Positions 27,874 through 37,305 of a stretch of 64,000 nucleotides of DNA are shown in pieces. How positions within the stretch are numbered: position 1 is the stretch's first letter; each line of letters opens with the position of its first letter. The position numbers and the translations under genes were made by a program. Source of the stretch: Candidatus Multivoradales bacterium (GTDB taxonomy: Bacteria; Acidobacteriota; Thermoanaerobaculia; Multivoradales; JAHEKO01); NCBI GenBank assembly GCA_965223155.1, contig CBDCVR010000013.1:832001-896000 (forward strand). The letters are read 5' to 3'. Below the pieces are notes generated by a model. It was not told the DNA's origin and made no database searches. It saw only the letters and a list, made by a program, of their open reading frames with translations.

Positions 27874-30800
27874 CTAGGCCCCTCCGTGCTCAATGCAGAG
27901 CTCGTAGTCGCCACGGCCGCTGTAGGACCGAACCTTCCACTTGTAGTAGCCAGCGGTTCCGTTGTACTGGATCGATTCGTCCGAACCGGCATGCGTGGCG
28001 TAAGCCACTCGCTCCCAGGTACCCGCCGAGCCGTTCCACTTGTACAAGTAGAGGTCGAAATCGGTGCCGGCGTCCGCCGAGAGGACGCCGCTCTGAACGC
28101 CTCCGTTGCTGTAGTAGTAGGTGCCGTCCGGCTGCCAGTCATAGTCACCCGAACCGGACAGGTAGCCCGTGTGATGGCTACCAGAGCAGCCTTCGCAGTC
28201 GATCACGATCTCCACCCAATCCAAGCAGAAGAGCTCGTCGGCACCGCCGTACTTGTTGGTCACCCGGAAGCGAATCGTCGTCTCGTCCGAGATGAAGGCT
28301 GAGATGTCGATCGACTCGGTGCCCTCGGCGGAGCCCGAGATGCCGTCAATAACCTGGAGAGTGGTCCAGGTGACGCCGTCGGTGCTGATGTCCAGAGTGA
28401 CTTGGTCGTCGGTGTCCACCGAGTTTCCCGCGATCCAGCGGAAGCTCAGGTTTGCACTGGTGGCGCCAGAGAGGTCGGCCGTACGCTGGACGCTCGGCTG
28501 CGTTCCGGAATCGGGATAGTCGTCCAGGGTCAGCAGCCCGTTGTGTACCTGGGCCTGGCCCGAAGCGGCGCCACCGCCGTTCGGATCCGACTCTTGCCAG
28601 GGTCCTGTCCAGGTCAGGCTGCCGTCGTTCCGCGAGTACGAGCTATCGGTCGAGAACGTGTCTTTGTAGTTGCCATCGACGCAAGAAGTCTCGCAATCGA
28701 TCGCGATGTGAACGTTGTCCACCTTGAAGTTCTCGTCCGTGCCGCCGCCGTAGTTGGCCGCCACGCGGAAGCGAATCCGGGTGTTGGCGGACGCGTAAGC
28801 GGTGATGTCGAAAGTCTTGGTTCCGCTCTGAGCGCCACTGAAACCGGTGAAGTCGTGCAGCGTCGTGTAGGACTGACCGCCGTCGGAGGAAATCTCAGCA
28901 ACCACCCAGTCGGAGGTGTCAACTCCACCGTGGGTCTCCCAGTAGAAGCTCAGCGTCGCGGAAGACGCGTTGGCCAGATTGACCTCGCGCGCGGCGCTCG
29001 GCTGGGTGCCGGTATCGGGATAGTCGTTGAGCACCAGGCGGTTCCAATTGACCGTGACGTTGCCGGCATTGGGACCGGCTCCGGCCACGTCGTTCTCGAT
29101 CCAGCTCGACGCCCAGCTCAAGCTGCCGTCGTTGTTCGAGAAGGACACGGAGTTGAACTCGTCCCGCACCGTACCTGGAACGCACTCGCCGTCCTCAGCC
29201 CGGTAGCCGAAGTCCACGTCCGTCCGATCCTGGCCAGACGCCAGACCGACCGAGGTCGTGTCGTCGAGTGTGCCGTCCAGGTCGAAGGTCTGTTCGAAGC
29301 CCTCGAGGGCGCCGCCAGAGGCGAAGTTGGAGCTGTCGATCTCGACCGTATAGGTACCGGCCTGGAGACCGTCGAAGGTGTAGAAGCCGTTGCTGCCGGT
29401 GGTCTGCATGGTGACACCGCCGGAGCCGTCGATCAGGTTGACCTTGACGCCCGAGATCCCGGGCTCGCCGTCATCCTGAACTCCGTCGCCGTCGAGGTCC
29501 TCCCAGACCCGGTCGCCGATCGAACCCAGCTCGTTGATAACGACCGTGGAGGGATCGCTGTCCGAGACCTGGGTGCCGCCGGCGGTGGTCCCGCTGACCG
29601 AAGCCACGTTGGTAAAGCCAGCCGTGACGTCGGTCACGGTGCAGGTGTAGCCGGTCGAAGCCCCTGCCGCCAGGTCGCCGATCACCTTGTCGCAAACCGG
29701 CGCCAGCGGATCGCTAACGGTTACGCCCGTCAGATCCACGTCGCCGGTGTTGGTCACGACGATCTCGAACGTCACGTCGCTGCCCTCGTTGAAGGTCCGG
29801 CTGTCGGCGCCTTCCGCCTGCTTGCGGATGTCGATCGACGGATCCAGAACCGTAACGGTCGAGGGATCGCTGTCGTTGACTTGCATCCCGTCGGGACCGA
29901 TACCGGTCACCGAGGCGATATTGGTGAACCCGGAAGTGACGTTCTGGACCGTACAGCTATAGCTGAAGGTCGCGCCGGGGCCCAGATCGCCGATGTTGCG
30001 ATCGCAATCGGGCGCCAGCGGATCGGCCACGACCACGTTGCTCAGGGGCACGTTACCGGTGTTGGTCACCACGATGTCGAAGGTCACCGCGCTACCAGAC
30101 TCAAACGAGCGGCTGTCGGGACCCTCCGCCTGCTTGCGAATGTCGATCGATGGCGTCATATCGAGCGGACACAGCGTGCCACCGTGCTTGCTTGAGCCGG
30201 ACAGAACGGTGAAGTCTCCGGAGATGAGGCCTGGACCAATCGGCTGCGAGCAGCTCGTATGGATGGTCGTGTTGAACTGTCCGTCGACGTAGAGATGAAT
30301 ATCGGTACCTACCGTGCCGTCGAAGCTCTGCTTGCTCGAGGGTAGACCGTAAACCGTGAAGATGTCGCCCGGCTCGAGATAGCCCTCGAAGAGGACGTCG
30401 GTTGAACCGCCGCGCTTGCCCTCGACCCGGACCACCCCGGCCGTGTCACCGGTATACATCAAGGTCAGGACGCTGACCTTGCCCTTGCACTCACCGCAGT
30501 CCTGGTAGCCGAAGTCGAGATCCAGCTGAATCTCGCCCGGACCCAGGGAGTAGGTGGTCTGGTTGTCGAGCGTGCCGTCGTAGTCGAAGGTCGGGAAGAA
30601 GCCCGCGGGGAGCGTCGAGGTGTCGATCACGACGGTGTACTCGCCGGGGAGAAGGTTCGTGAACTTGTAGGAACCGTCGCCCTCGGTCGTATCTGTCGCG
30701 ACCTCGTTACCGTCGGCATCCAGAAGCCGCACGATCACGCCGTTGATGCCCGGCTCACCCGCGTCCTGCACACCGTCACCGTCCAGGTCGTTCCAGACCC

Positions 30801-33800
30801 GGTCGCCAAGCTCGCCCAGCGCACGGTAGCCGAAGTCGGCATCGGTGACGACGTCACCCGCGCCCAGTACGACCTGGGTGGAGTGGTCGAGCGTGCCGTC
30901 CCGGTCGAAGGTCTGCTCGAGACCCTCGAGGGGACCACCCGGAGCAACGTTTGACGAGTCGATCTCGACCGTATAGTTGCCCTCCGGCAGGTTGCCAAAG
31001 GTATAGATGCCATCGGCACCGGTGGTCAGCATGGTAACGCCGCCGGAAGAATCGATCAGATTGACCTTGACGCCCGGAATGCCGTTCTCGCCGGCATCCT
31101 GGACGCCGTCACCGTCCAGATCCATCCAGACCCGATCGCCGATCGAGCCCAGACGCTGGTAGCCGAAATCGACGTCGTCACGGGTCTCGCCAGGCATGAG
31201 AGAAATCGTGGTCATGTGGTCGAGCGTGCCGTCCAGATCGAACGTCTGGGACGAGCCGCTCGGCAAGCCGTCGGGCACAACCACGATTGTGTAGTCGCCC
31301 GTCGGCAGGTTCGAGAAGGTGTAGTTGCCATCTCCGGAGGTGACCTGCGTATCGATCACGTCTCCGGTCACAGGATCCACCAGCTGCACGGTCACGCCGT
31401 TGATGCCCGGCTCGCCCGGATCCTGGACACCGTCGCCGTCCAGATCCTCCCAGACCCGGTCGCCGATCGAGCCCAGACGCTGGTAGCCGAAGTCGATGTC
31501 GTCACGATCCGACTCGAGGCCTCCCACGAAACCGATCGAAACGTCAGTGGAACCATCCAGGGTTCCGTCCTGCTCGAACGTCTGCACCACGCCGCTGGGC
31601 AACGTCGTACCGTCGATCATGACGTTGTAGTCACCCGGGGGCAGCGACGTGAAGCTGTAGAAACCGTCGTCGTCGGTGGTCGTATCGGCCACGAAGTTGC
31701 CGTCACCGTCGTAGAGCACGACCCGGACGCCCGGGATCCCGGGCTCCCCGGCATCCTGCACGCCGTCACCGTTGTCGTCGTACCAGACGTAGTCGCCGAT
31801 CGAGCCCGGAGGCACCAGACCGAAGTCATACGTCAGGATGTTGGCATCGACCACCGTGTCGGTAATCGAGCTCGCCGTCGTGTAGCTGTACCCAGAGAGG
31901 GCTCCTTGGTCGATGTAGCCAAAGCTCTCGTCAACGACGTCGGCACCGGCGACCACCACGAGCCGCTCGTAGTCGAGGCCCGCCTGGGTCGTCCCGACAA
32001 GGCCGGCGAGGGCCGAGTTCATGTCGGTCAGCTCGACACCGTAGCCGGTCGAGCGCAGACCGCAGAACTGAATCACGCCGTCGGCGTCGGAGACGTCGCT
32101 CGCAAGGACATCGCCGCCACCCGAGGTCAGAGTCGCGGTAACCCCGGCGATGGGCGTGTCCGAACCGCCCGGAGTCGGCTCGTAGAGACCATCGGCATCG
32201 GCGTCGTACCAGACCCGCTCACTGATGCAATAGCGCTCGGCAGGAGCCAGGGCCTGGTACCCAAAGTCCGCGGCGAGATAGACATCGCCCGCGGCCACGT
32301 TGATGTTCTGAGTCGGCCCCAACGGGGTCGTCAGGGTCAAGTCGGCAACCAGTCCGGCCGCGTCGATCACGACGACCGTGTAGCAGCCGGGAGCCAGGTC
32401 GCCGAAGAAGTACGAACCATCGGGCCCGGTCTTGGTCAGCGCCAGGCTCGTGCCCGGATCCGTGCAGTCCTCGAGACTCAAGGTCACGCCGCCGATGCCG
32501 GCCTCTTCCGGCTCACGCACGCCGTTGCCGTTGTCGTCCAGCCAGACGAAGTCGCCGATCGCGGCCAGAGTCGGATCGATGGTGTAGCCGAAGTCCAGAT
32601 CGTTAAAGGTCTCATCCGTGGTGATCGTGCGCGATACGCTGGGATTCGTGCCTCCGCTCAGCGTCAAACCGGACGGTAGCGTGCTCTCATCGACCTGGGT
32701 GCAGTACGTGTCGGCCGCCAAGTTGTCGAACCAGTAGAAACCGTCCGCATTTGTCTGCGTGGCCTCCTTCGACACCAAGCTGACGCAATCCACCAGCCGC
32801 ACCGTCACGTTGCTAAGTCCGGGTTCGCCACCGTCCTGGGCTCCGTCCCCATCCACATCTAGCCACACCCGGTCGCCCACCGCGCCCGTCGGAACCGGCG
32901 CGAAGTTCTCATCCGCTACCTCGACCGTGTAGGTCCCCGGCACCACGTCATAGAAGTACATGCCGTCGGCGTCGGTCACCCGCTGGCCGATAACGGTACC
33001 GCTCGAGTCGAAAATGTTGACCACCACGCCCGGAATCCCGTCTTCGCCCGGATCCTGGGTGCCGCTCTCATCCAGATCCAGCCAGACCGTGTCGCCGATC
33101 AGGTAGGGATCCGGAGGACAGACGGGGGCACCGTTGATCAGGCCGCAGGCGACCTGCTCGAAACGCCAGAAATTACTGTTGCTGAGATCCAGTCCCCGCA
33201 CCTCGACCTTCCACAGCCCGGAGGGCAGGAGCCCACCACCCGCGACCAGATGGTCGGGATTGTCGGCGGCGTCGGTCGAGATCAAGAACTGCTCCCATTC
33301 CCGCTGCCCGGAGGGGTTGTCGTTGGCGTAGACGTTGGCGTTCGGGCCTCGCACCGCGTAGCGCACGCACGGGCTCCTGAGCACCACAGGGTTGGTGCTG
33401 TCGTCCTCGGGGTTCCCCGCTCCCTGAGCGCCCTCTGCCACCGCGTCGGGCCCCGCGAAAGGCGGAATCCCCGAGCTGTTGAAATCGTCCGTGTCCGAGC
33501 AGGCCTCCGCAACGCCGGACGCCGTCAGGCTGTTGCCGTGATCGAAGTCCCCGTCCCAGATGCGAAGCGCCTGAATGTTGAACGGCACGTCCAGAAAGAA
33601 AACGTACATGCCGTCGTAGGTGGTCGGCGCATTCTGGTGGTCGAACGGCACGCCCGGGTTGTTCAAGATGAACTCCGCCAGGGTCGGGTAGACGACGAGC
33701 TGCTCGTTGTTGCCGAGGCCGAAACCGCCCTCGAAACCGAACTGGGCGCTGAAAACCGCCAGCGGAACGTCCGCGAAGACCTTGTAGTTCGAAACACCTT

Positions 33801-34446
33801 CGCAGCCCGCCGGCGCGGGATCGACGTCACACTCGGGAGCGTCCTTCAGATCGATGACGACGTTGTAGAAGGCGGTGTCGCTTCCCGGCAGCGCGGCATC
33901 GGGGTTGCCATCGCCGTCACCGTCGATCTCGACGAGAACGTCCCAGAAGTCGTTGTTGGGCATCCGCGCCGGACTCGCCGTCCAGACACCGGCCGGATCG
34001 GCCAGCGGATTGTCTTCGTTGCCGAACCACTCACCGACCATGTCGGCCGGGTTGGTATTGCCGATGCGCGTGGGATCCTCGAACATCCGGACCCGAATCG
34101 CCCGGGTGCCTTCGTCCCAATGGCCCTGAGTCGGAGCGAAGCAGGTTGCATCCACCGACGGCCAGTCCAGCACGCAGGGATCGCCGGTGTCGCCGTCGAA
34201 CATCCGGAACAGGAACGTGCCGCCCGCCTTGTCGACCGGAACCGAGAGGCCGACCGAAGTGGTCTGGTCGCTGAGCCCGGCAAAACCCGAGACCGCGGAC
34301 AGGAACTTGGCGTCGGTAACGTCCTCGCTCGGGAAAGCCGTAAACGGTCCCGCCGTGAGCTGGGCCGAGGCCGGAGCTACCGCCACTGCAATCAGCAGCG
34401 CGGTCGCCAGCGTGATCGAAAAACCCTTGTACATTCTCGTCGTCAT
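27874..34446 (-). CDS. Secreted SdrD-B-like repeat surface protein, long paralog (2190 aa)
   Basis: 9 SdrD-B units, Cys-rich domain, two DUF11-like repeats (VTF.IVVTNTG.V.L), two beta-sandwich repeats (NDGSL.W...W.E), C-terminal PPC-like domain (DFDLYLYKW...DESI.Y). Confidence 0.88.
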   Translation of the reverse strand: MTTRMYKGFSITLATALLIAVAVAPASAQLTAGPFTAFPSEDVTDAKFLSAVSGFAGLSDQTTSVGLSVPVDKAGGTFLFRMFDGDTGDPCVLDWPSVDATCFAPTQGHWDEGTRAIRVRMFEDPTRIGNTNPADMVGEWFGNEDNPLADPAGVWTASPARMPNNDFWDVLVEIDGDGDGNPDAALPGSDTAFYNVVIDLKDAPECDVDPAPAGCEGVSNYKVFADVPLAVFSAQFGFEGGFGLGNNEQLVVYPTLAEFILNNPGVPFDHQNAPTTYDGMYVFFLDVPFNIQALRIWDGDFDHGNSLTASGVAEACSDTDDFNSSGIPPFAGPDAVAEGAQGAGNPEDDSTNPVVLRSPCVRYAVRGPNANVYANDNPSGQREWEQFLISTDAADNPDHLVAGGGLLPSGLWKVEVRGLDLSNSNFWRFEQVACGLINGAPVCPPDPYLIGDTVWLDLDESGTQDPGEDGIPGVVVNIFDSSGTVIGQRVTDADGMYFYDVVPGTYTVEVADENFAPVPTGAVGDRVWLDVDGDGAQDGGEPGLSNVTVRLVDCVSLVSKEATQTNADGFYWFDNLAADTYCTQVDESTLPSGLTLSGGTNPSVSRTITTDETFNDLDFGYTIDPTLAAIGDFVWLDDNGNGVREPEEAGIGGVTLSLEDCTDPGTSLALTKTGPDGSYFFGDLAPGCYTVVVIDAAGLVADLTLTTPLGPTQNINVAAGDVYLAADFGYQALAPAERYCISERVWYDADADGLYEPTPGGSDTPIAGVTATLTSGGGDVLASDVSDADGVIQFCGLRSTGYGVELTDMNSALAGLVGTTQAGLDYERLVVVAGADVVDESFGYIDQGALSGYSYTTASSITDTVVDANILTYDFGLVPPGSIGDYVWYDDNGDGVQDAGEPGIPGVRVVLYDGDGNFVADTTTDDDGFYSFTSLPPGDYNVMIDGTTLPSGVVQTFEQDGTLDGSTDVSIGFVGGLESDRDDIDFGYQRLGSIGDRVWEDLDGDGVQDPGEPGINGVTVQLVDPVTGDVIDTQVTSGDGNYTFSNLPTGDYTIVVVPDGLPSGSSQTFDLDGTLDHMTTISLMPGETRDDVDFGYQRLGSIGDRVWMDLDGDGVQDAGENGIPGVKVNLIDSSGGVTMLTTGADGIYTFGNLPEGNYTVEIDSSNVAPGGPLEGLEQTFDRDGTLDHSTQVVLGAGDVVTDADFGYRALGELGDRVWNDLDGDGVQDAGEPGINGVIVRLLDADGNEVATDTTEGDGSYKFTNLLPGEYTVVIDTSTLPAGFFPTFDYDGTLDNQTTYSLGPGEIQLDLDFGYQDCGECKGKVSVLTLMYTGDTAGVVRVEGKRGGSTDVLFEGYLEPGDIFTVYGLPSSKQSFDGTVGTDIHLYVDGQFNTTIHTSCSQPIGPGLISGDFTVLSGSSKHGGTLCPLDMTPSIDIRKQAEGPDSRSFESGSAVTFDIVVTNTGNVPLSNVVVADPLAPDCDRNIGDLGPGATFSYSCTVQNVTSGFTNIASVTGIGPDGMQVNDSDPSTVTVLDPSIDIRKQAEGADSRTFNEGSDVTFEIVVTNTGDVDLTGVTVSDPLAPVCDKVIGDLAAGASTGYTCTVTDVTAGFTNVASVSGTTAGGTQVSDSDPSTVVINELGSIGDRVWEDLDGDGVQDDGEPGISGVKVNLIDGSGGVTMQTTGSNGFYTFDGLQAGTYTVEIDSSNFASGGALEGFEQTFDLDGTLDDTTSVGLASGQDRTDVDFGYRAEDGECVPGTVRDEFNSVSFSNNDGSLSWASSWIENDVAGAGPNAGNVTVNWNRLVLNDYPDTGTQPSAAREVNLANASSATLSFYWETHGGVDTSDWVVAEISSDGGQSYTTLHDFTGFSGAQSGTKTFDITAYASANTRIRFRVAANYGGGTDENFKVDNVHIAIDCETSCVDGNYKDTFSTDSSYSRNDGSLTWTGPWQESDPNGGGAASGQAQVHNGLLTLDDYPDSGTQPSVQRTADLSGATSANLSFRWIAGNSVDTDDQVTLDISTDGVTWTTLQVIDGISGSAEGTESIDISAFISDETTIRFRVTNKYGGADELFCLDWVEIVIDCEGCSGSHHTGYLSGSGDYDWQPDGTYYYSNGGVQSGVLSADAGTDFDLYLYKWNGSAGTWERVAYATHAGSDESIQYNGTAGYYKWKVRSYSGRGDYELCIEHGGA

Positions 34447-34479
34447 CGTCCTGTCTCCCCGATCGATCTCCCCGATCGA

Positions 34480-34704
34480 CTATGCCGTGTCGCGTTTCCG
34501 GCCGAGCGCGGACTCCGAAGTCGCGCTCTTGCCGCTGTCATCCAAGCCCGCAGTCAGGAGCTCGGCGATTCTCGAACCGTCGCCCATGAAGCGCTCTTCC
34601 CCGGTCCGCAGGTCCCGCAGATAGAAGCGCGGACCTGACTCGGCTCCCGGCTCCCGCAGTACGCGAACCAGGTACGACGTGCTGGCTTGGTGGGTCGTTT
34701 CCAT
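34480..34704 (-). CDS. Small hypothetical protein (74 aa), paralog of 27080-27304
   Basis: METTHQASTSYLVRVLRE...YLRDLRTGEERF. Confidence 0.7.
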   Translation of the reverse strand: METTHQASTSYLVRVLREPGAESGPRFYLRDLRTGEERFMGDGSRIAELLTAGLDDSGKSATSESALGRKRDTA

Positions 34705-34843
34705 CTCGGCGTTCTCTTCCTGTTCTCTGTCTCGATGCATCACCGAGCCCCTTTCCGATCGCCGAGGTGCACCTGCATTCCCGTCAGGGAATCGCCGGCC
34801 CCGAGCTCGGTTTTTCTCTATGGCGGGCGAGGCTGGCCGGCGA

Positions 34844-34885
34844 GCGTCAGGGCAACGTCAGGGCGAAATCGAAATATCGAGATAT
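34844..34885. promoter_or_regulatory. Putative operator: (G/A)CGTCAGGG direct repeats (11-bp period) plus ATATCGAGATAT
   Basis: Repeats at 34844 and 34855, in the divergent intergenic region before the BTAD regulator. Confidence 0.6.
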
Positions 34886-35004
34886 ACAAACTTTCGTAAG
34901 GAACTTGACAGGCGTCTGGCATGCTAGACTGAGCGCCGGGCTCTAGCACCGACTTCCCCTACAAACCAAACGTCCAACGGGTATTCCGCTCGACCTCCGC
35001 TCCC

Positions 35005-37254
35005 ATGCAACTCGAAATTCGGCTCCTGGGTGGTTTCGAGGCACGCTTGGGCGACCGCTCGGTGGAGCGGTTCGAGTCGCAAAAGGTCCGAGCCTTATTG
35101 GCGTTTCTGGCACTCAACCGAGCTCCGGTTGACCGGGACCGCCTGGCCGGCCTGTTCTGGCCGGACCGCTCCGACGAAGCCGCACGCCGGAACCTGCGAC
35201 AGGCCCTCTACAGCATTCGCACGGCCCTGGCCCAAGAAGCGGGCAGCCAGCCCACCTTGGAGGCCTCCCAGAGCGCGGTCGGACTGCATCCGGATCTGGA
35301 ATGCCGCGTGGACGTCGAGGTCTTCCGCCGGAACCTCAGGGAGGGCCTGACCGACCAAGGACCCGACCCGCAGCGGCTGACCGACGCGGCCCGTCTCTAC
35401 AAAGGCGACCTCCTGGCCGGTTTCTTCCTCAAGAACTGCATCGAATTCGAGGAATGGCTGGTCACCGAGCAGGAGCTCCTGCGCGAGGAAGCGCTCGAGG
35501 TGTTCCGCACCCTCGTCCAGATCTATCTCGCCCGCGGCGAGCATCGCGTCGGCATTCAGTACGCCAAACGCCTGCTGGCGATCGATCCGCTCTCGGAAGA
35601 AGCGCATCGCCAACTCATGAGCCTCTATACCCTTGCCGGCCGGCGGAACCGGGCCCTGGCCCAGTACGAGCAGCTCCTGAACACCCTGCAGCAGGAGCTG
35701 GGCGTCGAGCCCCTTGACGCGACCAAGAACCTCTACCGCTCGATCCTGCTGGAAGCCAGCGGCCAAACACCGGACAAGCCCGACGAGGACGCAGCGCCGC
35801 CGATCGTGCCGCTGGTCGGGCGCTCCGAGGCCACCGAAGCACTGCAAGAGACCTGGCGTTCGGTCCTCGCCGGCGAAGGGCGCCTGACGGCTCTCGTGGG
35901 CGAAGGCGGCGTCGGCAAGAGTCGGCTGGGCAAGTCATTCCTGGATCGAGCCACCTCGAAACGGCACGCCATCGTGCTGCGGGGACGCTGCTACGAGGCG
36001 GCGCCTCTCGTCAGCTACCGGCCGTTCCTCGAGATCTTGCGAGCGCTGTTCACGGACGTCTTGGTCGATGAGCCCGAGACTCTGCAGTCGCTCGATCCCC
36101 GGCACCTCGCCAACCTTCTCCACCTCTATCAGGATCCACTCGAGGGTCCCCTCGCCGACTTGGGCTTGGAGAGCCTGCCGGACGCCAATCCGGACGGCAT
36201 CGGGGCCTCGCTGGCCGCGCTGATCGACGCCATGATCGCCGCCGGTATCGGCGACGCGCGGCCGGTGGTGCTCATGCTCGAGGACGTGCAGCACGCCGAC
36301 GGCGCCAGCCGCCGTCTCCTCGAGGCTCTCGTCGAAGGCTTGGAGCGACGGCCGCTTTGGATCCTGTGCACCTGCGAGTCGGAGCGGACGCTTCGCCCCG
36401 CGATCGCGGCGGCCGGAGCGGCTTCCCGGTCGCTAAATCTCGGCCGTCTCCACTACGAAGACGTCCAGGAAATCGCCAAGGCTCTGGTGGACCTGGCCGG
36501 TGTCCCGGAGCTGACCGAATTTCTCTGGGCCGCCGGCGGCGGCCTACCGCTGGCGGTGACCGAGCTCATCAATCTCCTGTGGGACGAGAAGGCCCTGGTC
36601 CCGGCCGGTCCCGGGCATTGGTCGCTGGATCGAGACCTCGCCGCCATCGACGCTCCCACCGATCTGACCGAGCTCATCGGCCGGCGGGTGGACAAGCTTC
36701 CCAATTCGGCCCGCCGCCTGCTGTCGCTGGCTGCCATCATGGGACATCAGTTCGAGGTCGATGCGCTCGCCACCGCGGGCAACGAGCACATGACCGTCGT
36801 CGAGACCTTCGTGCGCCTGACCCTGGAACGCTGGCTCCTGCGCCAGTTCCCGAAGGCCTGGTCCCGAGCCGGGCTGCAGAAAGACCTCGTCCTCTGGGCC
36901 CGCGGGGCGCGCCGGGGCTTTTTCGAGTTCTCGCACCGATCGATCCGGGTCGCCGTCCTGGAACGCATCAACCCGCTGCGCAAGCGCATCATGCACGGAG
37001 AAGCGGCCAGTGCCCTGGCGAGCCGGCATGCCGACGACGTCGAGGACTTCAGCGAATCGCTGGCCTTCCATTTCTTGGCAGCCGGTGACCCCGCCGCCGC
37101 TCGCCCGTGGCTCGAGCGCTCCGCCCAGCGCGCCGAAGAGGTCGGTGGCCACGAGATCGCCGACGAATACCGCTCGCTCGCAGAGCGGGCGGCCGAGCGC
37201 GAGCACCTGCGCGCGGTCGACGGCCCGCGCCCCCTCACTCGGCCCAACCGCTAG
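35005..37254 (+). CDS. SARP/BTAD-domain transcriptional regulator with AAA ATPase
   Basis: wHTH (LLAFLAL..V.RD.LA.LFWP..ARRNLRQAL), BTAD (DPLSEEAHRQLM...ELGVEP), Walker A GEGGVGKS, LEDVQ, GGLPL. Confidence 0.9.
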   Translation: MQLEIRLLGGFEARLGDRSVERFESQKVRALLAFLALNRAPVDRDRLAGLFWPDRSDEAARRNLRQALYSIRTALAQEAGSQPTLEASQSAVGLHPDLECRVDVEVFRRNLREGLTDQGPDPQRLTDAARLYKGDLLAGFFLKNCIEFEEWLVTEQELLREEALEVFRTLVQIYLARGEHRVGIQYAKRLLAIDPLSEEAHRQLMSLYTLAGRRNRALAQYEQLLNTLQQELGVEPLDATKNLYRSILLEASGQTPDKPDEDAAPPIVPLVGRSEATEALQETWRSVLAGEGRLTALVGEGGVGKSRLGKSFLDRATSKRHAIVLRGRCYEAAPLVSYRPFLEILRALFTDVLVDEPETLQSLDPRHLANLLHLYQDPLEGPLADLGLESLPDANPDGIGASLAALIDAMIAAGIGDARPVVLMLEDVQHADGASRRLLEALVEGLERRPLWILCTCESERTLRPAIAAAGAASRSLNLGRLHYEDVQEIAKALVDLAGVPELTEFLWAAGGGLPLAVTELINLLWDEKALVPAGPGHWSLDRDLAAIDAPTDLTELIGRRVDKLPNSARRLLSLAAIMGHQFEVDALATAGNEHMTVVETFVRLTLERWLLRQFPKAWSRAGLQKDLVLWARGARRGFFEFSHRSIRVAVLERINPLRKRIMHGEAASALASRHADDVEDFSESLAFHFLAAGDPAAARPWLERSAQRAEEVGGHEIADEYRSLAERAAEREHLRAVDGPRPLTRPNR

Positions 37255-37305
37255 CAGGCCGGGCTCGGCCTGACGGTCTCGCCGGCATCCGGCGGACAGA
37301 TCCGG

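Larger units (their letters stand above)
22902..34892. repeat. Tandem segmental duplication: unit 1 about 22902-27440, unit 2 about 27747-34892
   Basis: 23771-27075 is near-identical to 31158-34462 (offset 7387); small ORF, upstream motifs and a gene-end remnant are also duplicated. Confidence 0.95.

Noticed and set aside
23400-33100. Periodic repeats as CRISPR or DGR template/variable repeats
   Set aside because: They are coding SdrD-B units; there are no spacers, cas genes, reverse transcriptase or adenine-specific mismatch pattern.
34905-34930. TTGACA/TAGACT sigma70 promoter for the BTAD gene
   Set aside because: The spacer is only 14 bp; an extended -10 (TGcTAGACT) is possible but unproven.
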